DNA of 64,000 nt, from the NCBI RefSeq assembly GCF_006345805.1, contig NW_021833270.1, positions 19,049 through 83,048 on the forward strand, written 5' to 3'. Shown here piece by piece: positions 39,529 to 51,945 of the stretch. Position numbers and translations under genes: made by a program. How positions within the stretch are numbered: the first letter of the stretch is position 1; every line of letters starts with the position of its first letter. The notes under the pieces were generated by a model. It saw only the letters and a program-made list of their open reading frames with translations. It had not been told where the DNA came from and did not search any database. This stretch comes from Octopus sinensis. Its lineage: Eukaryota.

Positions 39529-39712
39529 GAGAGACAAGGAGTCAGTTCTTTAATGGTTCAACTTACTGATAATGGAAAGACTCCAACTTCAAGACTTCTT
39601 GCCAAGCCTGTTCATTGTTAGCAATGTGTATTTTGACAATATATTCCATATCTTTTGGTTTGATGTCATCTGCATGCCACTGCCATCCTGTTGGGAGGAA
39701 TAAATAAAAAGA

Positions 39713-39850
39713 CACTGTCAATGTCGGCACATTGAAAAATAGATTTAGCTAGATTGTTGAGCTGCTTGAATGGAGGCATGTTGATGTATGCTGCATTCAA
39801 GAGGCAAGGTGGAGAGGAGCTTCAGCCAGGTTCCTCACAGGCAAGGCACA
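39713..39850 (+). repeat. 138-bp copy of the RTE endonuclease start at 41492-41629
   Basis: Only about 3 differences between the two copies. Confidence 0.85.
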
Positions 39851-41469
39851 GTTATAAAAAAGCAGGTGAGCAAAGAGGGAGACAAATAAGCAGACAGCTA
39901 TAGAGACAAACAGATCATCAACATCATTGTAATGACCACTCCCCAATGCTTCAATGGCTCAAACAGATCTCCTTGAGGCAGATTTTTTTTATTGCTGGAT
40001 GCATTCCCTGTCACTAAACCTTGCCTGTTTCAAAGCAAGGTAATATTTCCCTATGAGTAAACATGCTTTTCTTAATGGAAGATTGGGAACAAACATTACG
40101 TGTGTGTGTGTGTGATCATCATTTAATGTTCATTTTCCCAAGATGGCATGGGTTGTATGGTTTAAGATGAAGAGGCAAGGCAGAGAGCTGTATCAGGCTC
40201 CACTTATCTGTTTTAGAACAGTTTCCACAGCTGGATGCCCTTCTTAATGCCAACCACTTTACACAGTGTACTGGGTGATTTGTATGTGCTCCAGCACCAG
40301 TGATGTATATGTGGCACCAGCACAGATACTTTTTACACAAATACACACATGCACGCACACACACACACACACACACACACAACACACACACACACACACA
40401 CACAAACACAAACAGATATACATATACAAAGGTTGCACAAAATAAGGAACCACTTCAAAATTCCAAACAAATTTATTTTAATATTGTTTTGGACCGCCTT
40501 TGGCAGTATTTACAGCTTGAATTCTACAAGGTATGGACTCTTACAAAGTTTGAATTGTTTCCATAGGAATGTTTGTCCATTCTTCAACTAAAACAGTCTC
40601 CAATTCTTGTAGTGATGATGGTGGAGGACATCGACTCCACTTCTGGCTGTGGTTCTTATAAAGAATCTTCAGCACGTCTTCTTAGATTTTCACGCCACTT
40701 CATTCATTGTTGTTTCGAGATGTGCATAGCTAAGCTAAGAATTTTTCTCTTGCTTTTTTAATTGCCTCATTCATTCATTCACTCTTCTAACCTGTAATAC
40801 TAACATGTACTATCATAACCTGTAACTATTTAATTCTTCAAATAACCTTCAACCCATAATTCCCTAAAATCTTAGTTCTCCATCACTGTTTCATAAAGTT
40901 TTCACCATTGTTCTCTAAAATCTGTATGCATTCTTTTTTTACTTATGTCTCCCTTCCCAGCGACAGTAAACTGAACATTGCTTGTCTTCAATGCACCCAC
41001 CCATTCCCACCCCCACCACCTATACCGGAAATCTATTCTCAATACCGGAAACCCCTACAGATCTCTGCCTCACTTCTGTACCAGAAGAATTGTATACCTT
41101 TGTCCCTCCTTCCCTACCACCAATAATTATCCACACAACTGCATTCACCAAAAGGTGATATGCTATTTAGAAAATCATTAGTAAATTAACAAATCACTTA
41201 CCTCTTTCTCCTTATATATAATGGACTAAGCAATAGCAGATCATTTATATAATTAATTAATTTACACATTGATTTATTTATATTTGCAGCAGTAATGCTT
41301 ATATTTACAATGCTACTCACTACCAATTGGAACAACAATTTTAACGGGTTTGAATGATGATAGGTTAAAGCAAGACCAGCTGATGTGACATGTCTTTTAT
41401 CAAACGATCACTGAAACCTTATTTTCAGGTGCCCAATACTATTCTCTCCTGTCCATGTTCCCTCTCACA

Positions 41470-42360
41470 CCCCTTACCCAGTTTTCGTTGGCACTGTCAA
41501 TGTCGGCACATTGAAAAATAGATTTAGCGAGATTGTTGAGCTGCTTGAATGGAGGCATGTTGATGTATGCTGCATCCAAGAGGCAAGGTGGAGAGGAGCT
41601 TCAGCCAGGTTCCTCACAGGCAAAGCACATAGGTATAAAATCTTCTTGGAAGGTAACAGTGATGGAGTAAGCAGTGTAAGCATACTTCTTGCATGGAATT
41701 GGGTGAATAAGGTCATATAGGTAGTCAGAGAGAGAGAGAGAGAGCAATAAATTGATTAAGCTCAGGTTAATCTTGCAGAAAAGCATAGTGTCAGTTATCT
41801 TTGCCTACTCCCCACAAGTGGGCCTACCAAATGAACAGAAGGACCATTTTTATGATATTCTCCAGCAGGCTACCTCTAAGATGAATGACAAGGATCTTAT
41901 CTTCACTGCTGGGGACTTCAATGAGCATGTCAGATGGCAGCCCGGTATTTTCCATGGCGTACATGGAGACCATGGAATTGGCTCACAAAATAAAAAAAGA
42001 ACAAGGCTACTGGAATTCTGTGATGCAAATAACCTATTGATCTGCAACAACAATTTCAGGAAGCTGACCAGCCATCTGATAACCTATCAATCAGGTGGCT
42101 ACGCTAACCAGGTCGATTACATTCTCACCAGGCAGTGGGATGCCTGGTTGCTCTTAAATACAAAGACCCCCCCCCCTCTGGTGAAGAATGTATCCCCCAG
42201 CATAGACTAGTCATTAGTTACTTTATACTTCTGGCCAGAAGGATGCCAAGAAGCAGACCAATCTGGAAAAGAAGGATTTGGAAGCTTTTTGGACCCTTCA
42301 TATGGTCAGAGATTTAGGGACATTCTAATCGAGAAATTTGATGAGAGGTAGGAGGAATAA
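41470..42360 (+). mobile_element. RTE LINE, APE endonuclease domain relic
   Basis: GTVNVGTLKNR...VDVCCIQEARWRG; YSPQVGLP..KDHFYD...AGDFNEHV...QVDYILTR. An (AG)n tract is inserted. Confidence 0.88.
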
Positions 42361-42374
42361 CTGCTTAAAAGGTA

Positions 42375-42699
42375 CTAGTGCATATACAGCTGCGTGCGTG
42401 CGCACATACACGCGAGTACTGTCCAAATCTCCGACCAATCACATACAGCTAGCTGGCATTCAATTAGAGTATCAAGTTTCGGGCATTTTGATTGGGTTTT
42501 GGATAGAAAATTCACAAAAAAGTCACTTCCATTGATTTTTCAATTGCTTTGCGGGGTGACTGGGGAAATGTAAAGATGTGCACGACCATCCTTGGACGGT
42601 TTCAAATGACCATAGAAAGTGCGAGCCCTTTAACTGAAAAATTGTGGATTTGTATAAAGGACACACACGCAGACATTTTGCCGTTTATATATATAGAGA
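42375..42699 (-). mobile_element. Non-autonomous Helitron
   Basis: Minus strand reads A|TCTCTATATATAAAC...GC-rich subterminal hairpin...CTAG|T; no TSD. Confidence 0.7.
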
Positions 42700-42857
42700 T
42701 ATGATACATTTAATGCATAAGTCATTACAAAAGAAGAACAAGTCCATATTAACCTATCAAAATTCGAATGGAAATTGGTTATGATATGCCGAATATTACA
42801 ATGCCTCAGCGGGCTATTACCCCTAGATCACTACTTGATGTTGAATAATTTTGTTCA

Positions 42858-43259
42858 GGCGCAGGAGCGGCTGTGTGGTAAGTAGCTTGCTTACCAACCA
42901 CATGGTTTCGGGTTCAGTCCCACTGCGTGGCATCTTGGGCAAGTGTCTTCTGCTATAGTCCCGGGCCGACCAATGCCTTGTGAGAGGATTTAGTAGACGG
43001 AAACTGAAAGAAGCCTGTCGTATATATGTATATATATATATGTGTGTGTGTGTGTTTGTGTGTCTGTGTTTGTCACCCTAGCATTGCTTGACAACCGATG
43101 CTGGTGTGTTTACGTCCCCGTCACTTAGCGGTTTGGCAAAAGAGACCGATAGAATAAGTACTGGGCTTACAAAGAATAAGTCCCGGGGTCGATTTACTCG
43201 ACTAAAGGCGGTGCTCCAGCATGGCCGCAGTCAATTGACTGAATCAAGTAAAAGAGTAA
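42858..43259 (+). mobile_element. Main SINE, full-length
   Basis: Complete head, core and tail. Confidence 0.92.
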
Positions 43260-43945
43260 GTGCTATACTAATAAATTTCATTTCTATTACACGAGTTTGC
43301 ATACTATTCAAAACAATAGTTGATATAGTTATTTCATAACTGTATATCTTCTGTAGGAGTCGTGAAATGTATTTTAGAATTTTCTCCACAAATATCGATA
43401 ATAGGTTCTCACAAAACGTGATTCGGGTGCAAACGCTGTTAAGTTAAACACGAAGAAACCAAACTGAATAGGTTGGAAACAGTTGGTCACTTATATCTCA
43501 GACATTTTCTTACATCAAGTGCTTTCTAGCAATTTCTTTATTAGTATAACGGTAATTCATAATCACAACATCTCAAAATTCCTCTTAAATTTGCTCTGTA
43601 GTATTTATGTATATATTTATTGAATTGTGTTTGTATTTATTTTCTAATGGCCTTACAAAGAAAACCACTTACGATGGAAGCAAAGTTAATCGAAAACTAC
43701 TTATTTCGCTCTCGCAAACTAATACATGTTTTACAGAAAACACACTTACATGTATGGTCTATAGAATAGATATATATCTGGTTGTGTGTATGTTTATATG
43801 TACGTATATATACACTTATGCATGTATATATTGTATGCGTGTATATGTATTTATATTTACATTTATCTATAGATATATATGTATGTATATATCGGCACAC
43901 AAACGCGCGCGTTCACACACACACACGCACGCAAAGACACACACA

Positions 43946-43982
<37 letters not shown>

Positions 43983-44100
43983 GCACACATACACATACAC
44001 ACACAAACACACAAATGTATATATACCATGCATACATATATCTATATTTTTCTAGTTTATTAGTTACAAAATAAATGCCTAGTGCAACATTCAGTTTACT

Positions 44101-44138
<38 letters not shown>

Positions 44139-44424
44139 TGTGTGTGTTTGTGTGTGTGTGCGCGCGTGCAAGTGACTGTAGTGCTAACACACATTCTACA
44201 AGATAGCGATTTTCGAGTAACATCGACTTTTATAAACAGCGATTATTAGGCGTATATTTTCACTCGGAAAAAGGAAAAGTCAATGGTCGAGTATCATTTA
44301 TACAAAAAGATTCCACATTTGGTGACAACATTTATTGCTGTATTTTCTTTTTTGGATCTTATTTAGCAACTCTGTGATAAAGCTTTCCAAACATGACCAT
44401 TCGTCTTCAATTATATCAATACTG

Positions 44425-44836
44425 GGATCTTTTCGGTTTGAACGGCAGTTTCTAACATAATTTCTAGGTAACTAAAAAATGTTAAACTTCCTATACTGGT
44501 AGAATGTGTTTATAAAACATCTTTTTCTCTTGGCTTTATTGAGAAAATTCTATAGTTTGTAAGATATTTGTTGTTTTTCTTTTCTTCAATTTCTGCAATT
44601 TCAACCAATCAATTACGTCTATTGAGGTAAAAAACATTCTGTGCCGTATGAATATGTCCCTCGTTTAAGAAACAGATTGGATTTATTTACATTTGTGAAG
44701 AAAAAAGATAACCTTCACTCCACCCCTAACCTTAAAACAGATTGAAATGCAATAGATCGATAGTAGGGTCATAATTATGGGTGACAATTTCAGATGACAC
44801 CGCTAGAAAAAACTTCCGTTCAAACCGAAAAGATCC
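44425..44836 (-). mobile_element. GGATC-MITE, complete, no TSD
   Basis: Both TIRs present; flanks caatactg / cgtaacat. Confidence 0.9.
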
Positions 44837-45279
44837 CGTAACATTTTACACCAAAACCGATTGTGAGGTCTCCCATGTGATTTCCTATTCGTTAGTTTTT
44901 CTACAAGAGCCGAGAGAATATTTTTACTGATGCAATGATTTATGAGAAACGACGTCCTGTTTATTTACATTCAAGATTCCACGCCAAAAGTATCCTACAT
45001 CATTCTGGAGAGTAGCCTTTATAACATTCTAGGTATGGTCTTTTATGCGATGTGAGTTTAACGCACACTTGTGGTTGGTTGATGAGCCTTAGGATTTTAT
45101 AATTTCTTACAATGATAAAATCTTCCGTGAGTTTGTGTAGTCAATCCCAAAGCCACACTTAGAACTAAACTCATGGTTCATTTTGAATTTAATAAAAGTG
45201 TTAGGCAAATGAAGCCATTTCTGTACAGTTATCAGTGAAGCGAGACAATTCTAGACTGACAGAAGTAAAGGCCAGTTTC

Positions 45280-45699
45280 GGATCTTTTCAGTTTGAACGG
45301 CAGTTTTTATCATAATTTCTAGGTAACTAAAAAATTTTAAACTTCGTATACTGGTAGAATATGTTTATAAAACATCTTTTTCTCTTGGCTTTATTGAGAA
45401 AATTCTATAGCTTGTAAGATATTTGTTGTTTTTCTTTTCTTCAATTTCTGCAATTTCAACCAATCAATGACGTCCATTGAGGTAAAAAAATATTCTGTAC
45501 CGTATGAATATGTCCCTCGTTTAAGAAACAGATTGGGTTTATTTACATTTGTGAAGAAAAAAAGATACCCTTCCCCCCACCCCTAACCCTAACCTTAAAA
45601 CAGATTGAAATGCAATAGATCGATACTAGGGTCATAATTATGGGTGCCAATTTCATATAACATCGCTAGAAAAAACTGCCGTTCAAACCGAAAAGATCC
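45280..45699 (-). mobile_element. GGATC-MITE, complete, no TSD
   Basis: Both TIRs present; flanks ccagtttc / gtagtcag. Confidence 0.9.
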
Positions 45700-45945
45700 G
45701 TAGTCAGTGTTGTTAATTACGGATAAAAATGAAATAAGCTAGTTTTCTCTTGTTTCATGTCATAATTGCTTTTGGTGTAGTAGTTTGTGAATGCTAAAGG
45801 AGAAGTTTTGCTTGAATCTTTCGGTGATCTGTGTTTTAAATTGTTTACATATTTCATTGTTTTTTTAAAGCCTATACCGCATGTTCTTGTAATTGCAGAG
45901 GCATTTCGCCACGATTTTGTTATAGCTTCGCGTCAGTCTTCGTTC

Positions 45946-46215
45946 AATGTAAATAAACCCAATCTGTTTCTTAAACGAGGGACATATTAATACGGCACAG
46001 AATGTTTTTTTTACCTCAATGGACGTCACTGATTGGTTGAAATTGCAGAAATTGAAGAAAACCAAACAACAAATATCTTACAAACTATAGAATTTTCTCA
46101 ATAAAGCCAAGAGAAAAAGATGTTTTATAAACACATCCTACCAGTATACGAAGTTTAAAATTTTTTACTTGCCTAGAAATTATGTTAGAAACTGCCGTTC
46201 AAACCGAAAAGATCC
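45946..46215 (+). mobile_element. GGATC-MITE, left-truncated; right flank equals that of the 47146 copy
   Basis: 46216-46251 is identical to 47575-47610. Confidence 0.88.
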
Positions 46216-46468
46216 GAGTACTGTTATAAACATCCTACTGTCATTAGTAAAAGGAAGAATATACTTGCCTCATCACCTAGTTACGTGTGTTTATTTGGTG
46301 ACTGATAATGCTTGATAGATAAGCATACTTCTTTTCGAAGAACATGATGCATTGAGGTATACTTTATTGCATTGAAAGGAGAGATGTTTAACATATCAAT
46401 ATTTTTCATCAACTTCATTTAATCAATGCATAGTATGTTTTAACAAACTACAGGATACAGAATTAGTA

Positions 46469-46843
46469 GGCGCAGGAGTGGCTGTGCGGTAAGTAGCTTA
46501 CTTACCAACCACATCGTTCCGGGTTCAGTCCCTTGGGCAAGTGTCTTCTACTATAGCCTCGGACAAACCAAAGCCTTGTGAGTGGATTTTATAGACGAAA
46601 ACTGAAAGAAGCCCGTCGTATATATGTATATATATATATGTGTGTGTGTTTGTCTTTGTCCCCCCAACATCACTTGACAACCGATGCTGGTGTATTTACG
46701 TCCCCGTCACCTAGCGGTTCGGCAAAAGAGACCGATAGAATAAGTACTTGGCTTACAAAGAATAAGGGGTCGATTTGCTCGACTAAAAGGCGGTGCACCA
46801 GCATGGCCGCAGTCAAATGACTGAAACAAGTAAAAGCGTAAAA
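46469..46843 (+). mobile_element. Main SINE with small deletions
   Basis: Head, core and tail present. Confidence 0.88.
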
Positions 46844-47145
46844 AGCCCAAGTAATGAGAATAGTCATACTGTTAGACATGATTTAAACGTTCTTGGTTGC
46901 CTCCCCTGAATGATCTGGAAGAACACAGCAGGGGAAACAACTGATACTTTTGCCTATCATATTTGTCTGACTTGTGTTGTATTAGAAATCAGCGGGGCGT
47001 AATCAAAATCACCAATTCATACAAAGCTTACTATGACTCCAGAAAATTAGAAAAAGAACTGATAAGTACTAGTGAAATAGAGTACTGTTATAAACATCCT
47101 ACTATCATTAGTAAATTAGATAAGGGATACAAAAGGAAAATGCTG

Positions 47146-47574
47146 GGATCTTTTCCGTTTGAACGGCAGTTTTTTCTAGCGGTGTCATATGAAATTGTCA
47201 CCCATAATTAGGACCCTAGTATCGATCTATTGCATTTCAATCTGTTTTAGAGTTAGGGTTAGTTAGAGTTTGGGGTGGGGGAAGGGTATCTTTTTTTCTT
47301 CACAAATGTAAATAAGCCCAATCTGTTTCTTAAACGAGGCACATATTCATACGGCACAGAATGTTTTTTTTACCTCAATACACGTCAGTGATTGGTTGAA
47401 ATTGCAGAAGTTGAAGAAAAAAAACAACAAATATCTTACAAACTATAGAATTTTCTCAATAAAGCCAAGAGAAAAAGATGTTTTATAAACACATTCTACC
47501 AGTTATACGAAGTTTAAAATTTTTTAGTTACCTAGGAATTATGTTAAAAACTGCCGTTCAAACCGAAAAGATCC
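47146..47574 (+). mobile_element. GGATC-MITE, complete, with 66-bp flanking direct repeat
   Basis: 47080-47145 matches 47575-47640 at 64/66, each copy abutting a TIR. Confidence 0.92.
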
Positions 47575-47693
47575 GAGTACTGTTATAAACATCCTACTGT
47601 CATTAGTAAATTAGATAAGGGATACAAATGGAAAATGCTGATATATTACTGTAATATGACACTATTTCAAAGGTACAGGCATACAAATGTATA

Positions 47694-48116
47694 GGCGCAG
47701 GCATGGTTGTGGTAAGAAGCTTGCTTCCCAACCACATGGTTCCGGGTTCAGTCCCACTGTGTGGCACATTGGGAAAATGCTTTTTACAATAGTCTCAGGC
47801 CGACCAAAGCCTTGTGAGTGGATTTGGATGGGCGGAAACAGAAAGCTTTCTGTTTCCGCCTACCAAATATATGTATATGTTTGTGTATATACATACATAT
47901 ATATGTATATGTTTGTGTGTCTGTGTTTGTCCCACCACTATCACTTGACAACCGATGTTGGTGTGTTAATGTCCCTGTAACTTAGCGGTTCGGCAATGAG
48001 ACCGATAGAATAAGTACTAGGGTTCAAAGGAAAAGTCCTGGGGTTGATTTGTTCGACTAAAGGGGGTGATTCAGCATGGCCACAGTCAAATGACTGAAAC
48101 AAAGGAATAAAAGAAT
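47694..48116 (+). mobile_element. Main SINE, diverged full-length
   Basis: Head, core and tail present. Confidence 0.85.
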
Positions 48117-48139
48117 ATATATATAATTTGCGTTTTGAC

Positions 48140-48162
48140 ACATACATACATACATACATACA

Positions 48163-48198
<36 letters not shown>

Positions 48199-48380
48199 TA
48201 CATACATACATACATACATACATACATACATACATACATACATACATACATACACACATACATTCATAATACATTCATACATACATACACACACACACAT
48301 ACATGCATACATACATACATACATACATACATACATACATACATACATACATACACACGTACATACATACGTACATGTGT
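48140..48380. repeat. (CATA)n microsatellite
   Basis: Direct reading. Confidence 0.95.
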
Positions 48381-48465
48381 GTGTGTTTATCTGTGTGTGT
48401 CTTTGTGTCTGTTTGTCCCCTGCCCCCACCGCTTGACAACCGATGCTGATGTGTTTATATATATA

Positions 48466-48687
48466 CTTTATTTAAAGCAGCAGAAAATTCTACAAAACCT
48501 GTTACTCTGAGTTTCGCGTTGCCGTTCATCGGACAGTTTTTTTTTGCTGTACGATGAGCGGCAACGCGAAACTCAGAGTAACAGGTTTTGTAGAATTTTC
48601 TGCTGCTTTAAATAAAGCATATTACTCTACCACTGGTATTTGAGTACTCTTTTTTTCCACCTTGTTTCACATTTATGTCTTTACTCC

Positions 48688-48688
<1 letters not shown>
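48466..48688. repeat. Inverted repeat (71-bp arms 48466-48536 / 48547-48617) plus 3' extension, in (TA)n; hammerhead family C
   Basis: Arms differ at 2 positions; spacer is T9G. Confidence 0.9.
48547..48584 (+). ncRNA. Minimal type I hammerhead fold (family C; mirrored copy at 48499-48536 minus)
   Basis: Two-arm consensus CTGT-CCGATGA-GCG gcaa CGC-GAAA-CTC a GAG-TA-ACAG. The plus copy has A3; the minus copy has A10.1. Confidence 0.6.
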
Positions 48689-48773
<85 letters not shown>

Positions 48774-48785
48774 TATATATATGTT

Positions 48786-49858
48786 TTGGGACCACTACTG
48801 TTCATAATGGCCCTCTCAGACATGCCCTCAGCCACGCGGAGAGCCACGATCACAAGTTATGCAGATGATACAAAAGTTTCACAGGCAATACAGAACCCTG
48901 AAGACACTAAGCACCTGCAATATGAGCTGGACGAAATATACAAGTGGGCTGAAAAGAATAGCATGCAGTTCAATGCTGAAAAGTTTCAAGCTTTATACTA
49001 TCAGCATGCAAAACTGAATGCAATACCCAAGGAATACACTGGACCCGGAGGGATTGCAATCCCAGAGGCACAATCAGTGCGTGACCTGGGTATTCACATG
49101 AGTGATGACGCGACCTTTCATGTACATGTTGCTAAACTGACAATGAAATGCAGACGGCTGGCTGGATGGATTCTTAGAACCTTTAGAACAAGAGAACAAG
49201 AAACCATGATGGTCCTCTGGAAGACACTTGTCCTAAGCTACTTTGACTATTGCTCTCAGCTATGGTCACCATCCAGTGTCAAGTTGATCACAGAACTTGA
49301 GGCGATCCAACGAAGCTACACGAAGAAGATAGCCTCTATGCAGAATGTAAGCTACTGGGAAAGACTCAAGAGATTAAAATTATATTCCCTGGAGCGTAGG
49401 CGGGAAAGATATGCCATAATATACATCTGGAAGATCCTGGAAGGAAGTGTCCTGAACTTTGGCATCAAGAGTTACGCAAATGCCAGAACTGGGCGCCACT
49501 GCGTGGTGCCTAGGACTCCAAACTTGCCATCAAGATGTAGGACAAGATTCTGTGATAGCCTGGGCTTCCGAGGCCCACAGCTCTTCAATATCCTCCCGAA
49601 GAACCTGAGAGACCTGCATGGGGTGGATACAGATGTCTTTAAAATGGAGCTGGATCTCTTCCTGTCAGGTGTCCCAGATGAACCAACTTCACGGCAGGAG
49701 GGGCAGATGAGGGCAGCTGCATCGAACTCTCTCATGCACCAAATAGCAGTTGCTAGAAAGCCTCCATGAAGTGAAACCTAGTAGCAACACCAAATGGCGG
49801 TGCCCCAGCATGGCCACAGCTCATAAGCTGAAACTAGAATCAATCAATCAATCAATCA
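48786..49858 (+). mobile_element. 5'-truncated CR1/Jockey-group LINE: RT (YADD) to 3' UTR and (TCAA)n tail
   Basis: Open ORF 48786..49769 GPLLF...SYADDTK...VRDLG...YCSQLWSP...LYSLERRRERY; tail at 49840-49858. Confidence 0.92.
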
Positions 49859-49906
49859 TATATATATATATGTGTGTGCGTGTGTACATACATACATATA
49901 TACATA

Positions 49907-50053
49907 TCGGGAGAATTAAAAAAAAAACTAAAGACGAAGACAGGTGATGTAGACAACAAACAGATGTATTAGTTTAACACTCGGGAAGTGAAAAAGTCTT
50001 TAACGTTTCGAGCCTACGCTCTTCCACAGAAAGGAACACAGAAATAAACAATG
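49907..50053 (-). mobile_element. Short Penelope-type terminal fragment carrying hammerhead family D
   Basis: Contains ctgtggaagagcgtaggctcgaaacgt on the minus strand, adjacent to a (TA)/(CA) tract. Confidence 0.55.
49998..50033 (-). ncRNA. Minimal hammerhead-like fold, A6U variant (family D)
   Basis: CTTT-CTGTGGA-A-GAGC gtag GCTC-GAAA-CG-TT-AAAG; palindromic ACGT stem III. Confidence 0.5.
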
Positions 50054-50566
50054 AGATCCAATGGAATTAAATAGCTGCTTCTTAATTCTTCGTTAATAAT
50101 TTCTTCTTTTTTATTGTCCTTGTTGCCCCGTTAAACTTTACTTGTTGCTTTCGTCATTGTTGTTTTTATTGATGCATGCGTCTAGGTCTGCTCTTAACTG
50201 CACAGTTAATAACGCGGGGAGTTGGCCAAATGGCAATGTACACGCAGCAGATCTCTAACAACTCGATATGCCATATTTCTCCATATCACTGGTGGTAATT
50301 GCCATATGAATTATTTTAAAAGCATGTGCTATAGTGTCACAATCTGTATTGGATGTAACATGTGGTATAGTATCAGAGTCTGTATGGGATGTAGTATGGT
50401 CGTGCCCTCTTACTACTCGATCTATGTATGTAGGCTTTGAGATTTTGATAATGGCTACAACAGAGATGACAATGTTAAACTCGGTTGGAACCAAAATAGA
50501 ACACGTCTACACTCATTCATGGTTGTGTATGTTGCTCTTACTCATATTGTTTGTATTATTTCTTTT

Positions 50567-50994
50567 GGATCTTTTCGGTTTGAACGGCAGTTTTTAACAT
50601 AATTTCTAGGTAACTAAAAAATTTTAAACTTCGTATACTGGTAGAATGTGTTTATAAAACATCTTATTCTCTTGGCTTTATTGAGAAAATTCTATAGTTT
50701 GTAAGATATTTGTTGTTTTTTTTTCTTCAATTTCTGCAATTTCAACCAATCACTGGCGTGTATTGAGGTAAAAAAAAGCATTCTGTGCCGTATGAATATG
50801 TCCCTCGTTTAAGAAACAGATTGGGTTTATTTACATTTCTGAAGAAAAAAGATACCCTTGCCCCACCCTAACCCTAACTAATCCTAACCCTAAAACAGAT
50901 TGAAATGCAATTGATCGATACTAGGGTCATAATTATGGGTGACAATTTTATATGACACAGCTAGAAAAAACTGCCGTTCAAACCGAAAAGATCC
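50567..50994 (-). mobile_element. GGATC-MITE, complete, no TSD
   Basis: Both TIRs present; flanks tttctttt / aaaggcgt. Confidence 0.9.
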
Positions 50995-51534
50995 AAAGGC
51001 GTGAGTAGGTTGGTGAGTTAGGGTTCAAACGTTTCTAGTTCGTCCCATCGTCTCCAGGAAAGCGAGAGAAAAAGGGATGGTGGGTGATGGGGAGAGGAGG
51101 AGAGAGGAAGGGAAAACTCTAGGAAATTCCTTGACTTTATCAGTTGGAATAGTTATTGCTGCTGCTGTTGATGAGGTTCACATTGCAGCCGTTGTGTGAG
51201 AGTTATTGTAACCATGAGTTGTATGTGAACACATCGTTCTAACTGACCGCCACCTCATCTAACGGACCTCATTTAATAAAGCTGTGCCCATTTGATAGAA
51301 TTGTACTCAGAGGCGTTCCAACCCTGATTGTTCCATCGATTTGAAGCATAATTTATTTACAACAGCAGTATCCAATACGGCCTTCAATTTTTCACGATCG
51401 AATCGTATGACTTCCATGTTGTTGTTGTTGTTGTTATTTATACCATTGCTGTCACTGATGTTATTGTTGCTGTTCTTATTGCTGTTGTCTCATTGGTCTT
51501 GTTTTTGTTGTGATACCGCTCCAGGCCAGCTCCG

Positions 51535-51945
51535 GGATCTTTTCGGTTTGAACGGCAGTTTTTCTAGCAGTGTCACCCATAATTATGACCCTAGTATCGA
51601 TCTATTGCATTTCAATCTATTTTAGGGTTAGGGCTAGGGTTATGGGTGGGGGGAGGGTATCTTTTTTCTTTCACAAATGTAAATAAACCCAATCTGTTTT
51701 TTTAAACGAGGGACATATTCATACGGCACAGAATGTTGTTTACCTCAATGGACGTCATTGATTGGTTGAAATTGCAGAAATTGAAGAAAAAAAAAACAAC
51801 AAATATCTTACAAACCATAGACTTTTCTCAATAAAGCCAAGAGAAAAAGATGTTTTATAAACACATTCTACCAGTATACGAAGTTTAAAATTGTTTAGTT
51901 ACCTAGAAATTATGTTAAAAACTGCCGTTCAAACCGAAAAGATCC
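51535..51945 (+). mobile_element. GGATC-MITE, complete, 8-bp TSD (7/8)
   Basis: CAGCTCCG at 51527-51534 and CAGTTCCG at 51946-51953. Confidence 0.92.

Noticed and set aside
48786-49769. 327-aa ORF as a functional gene
   Set aside because: 5'-truncated LINE lacking the N-terminal RT and endonuclease; the listed start is not a real initiation context.
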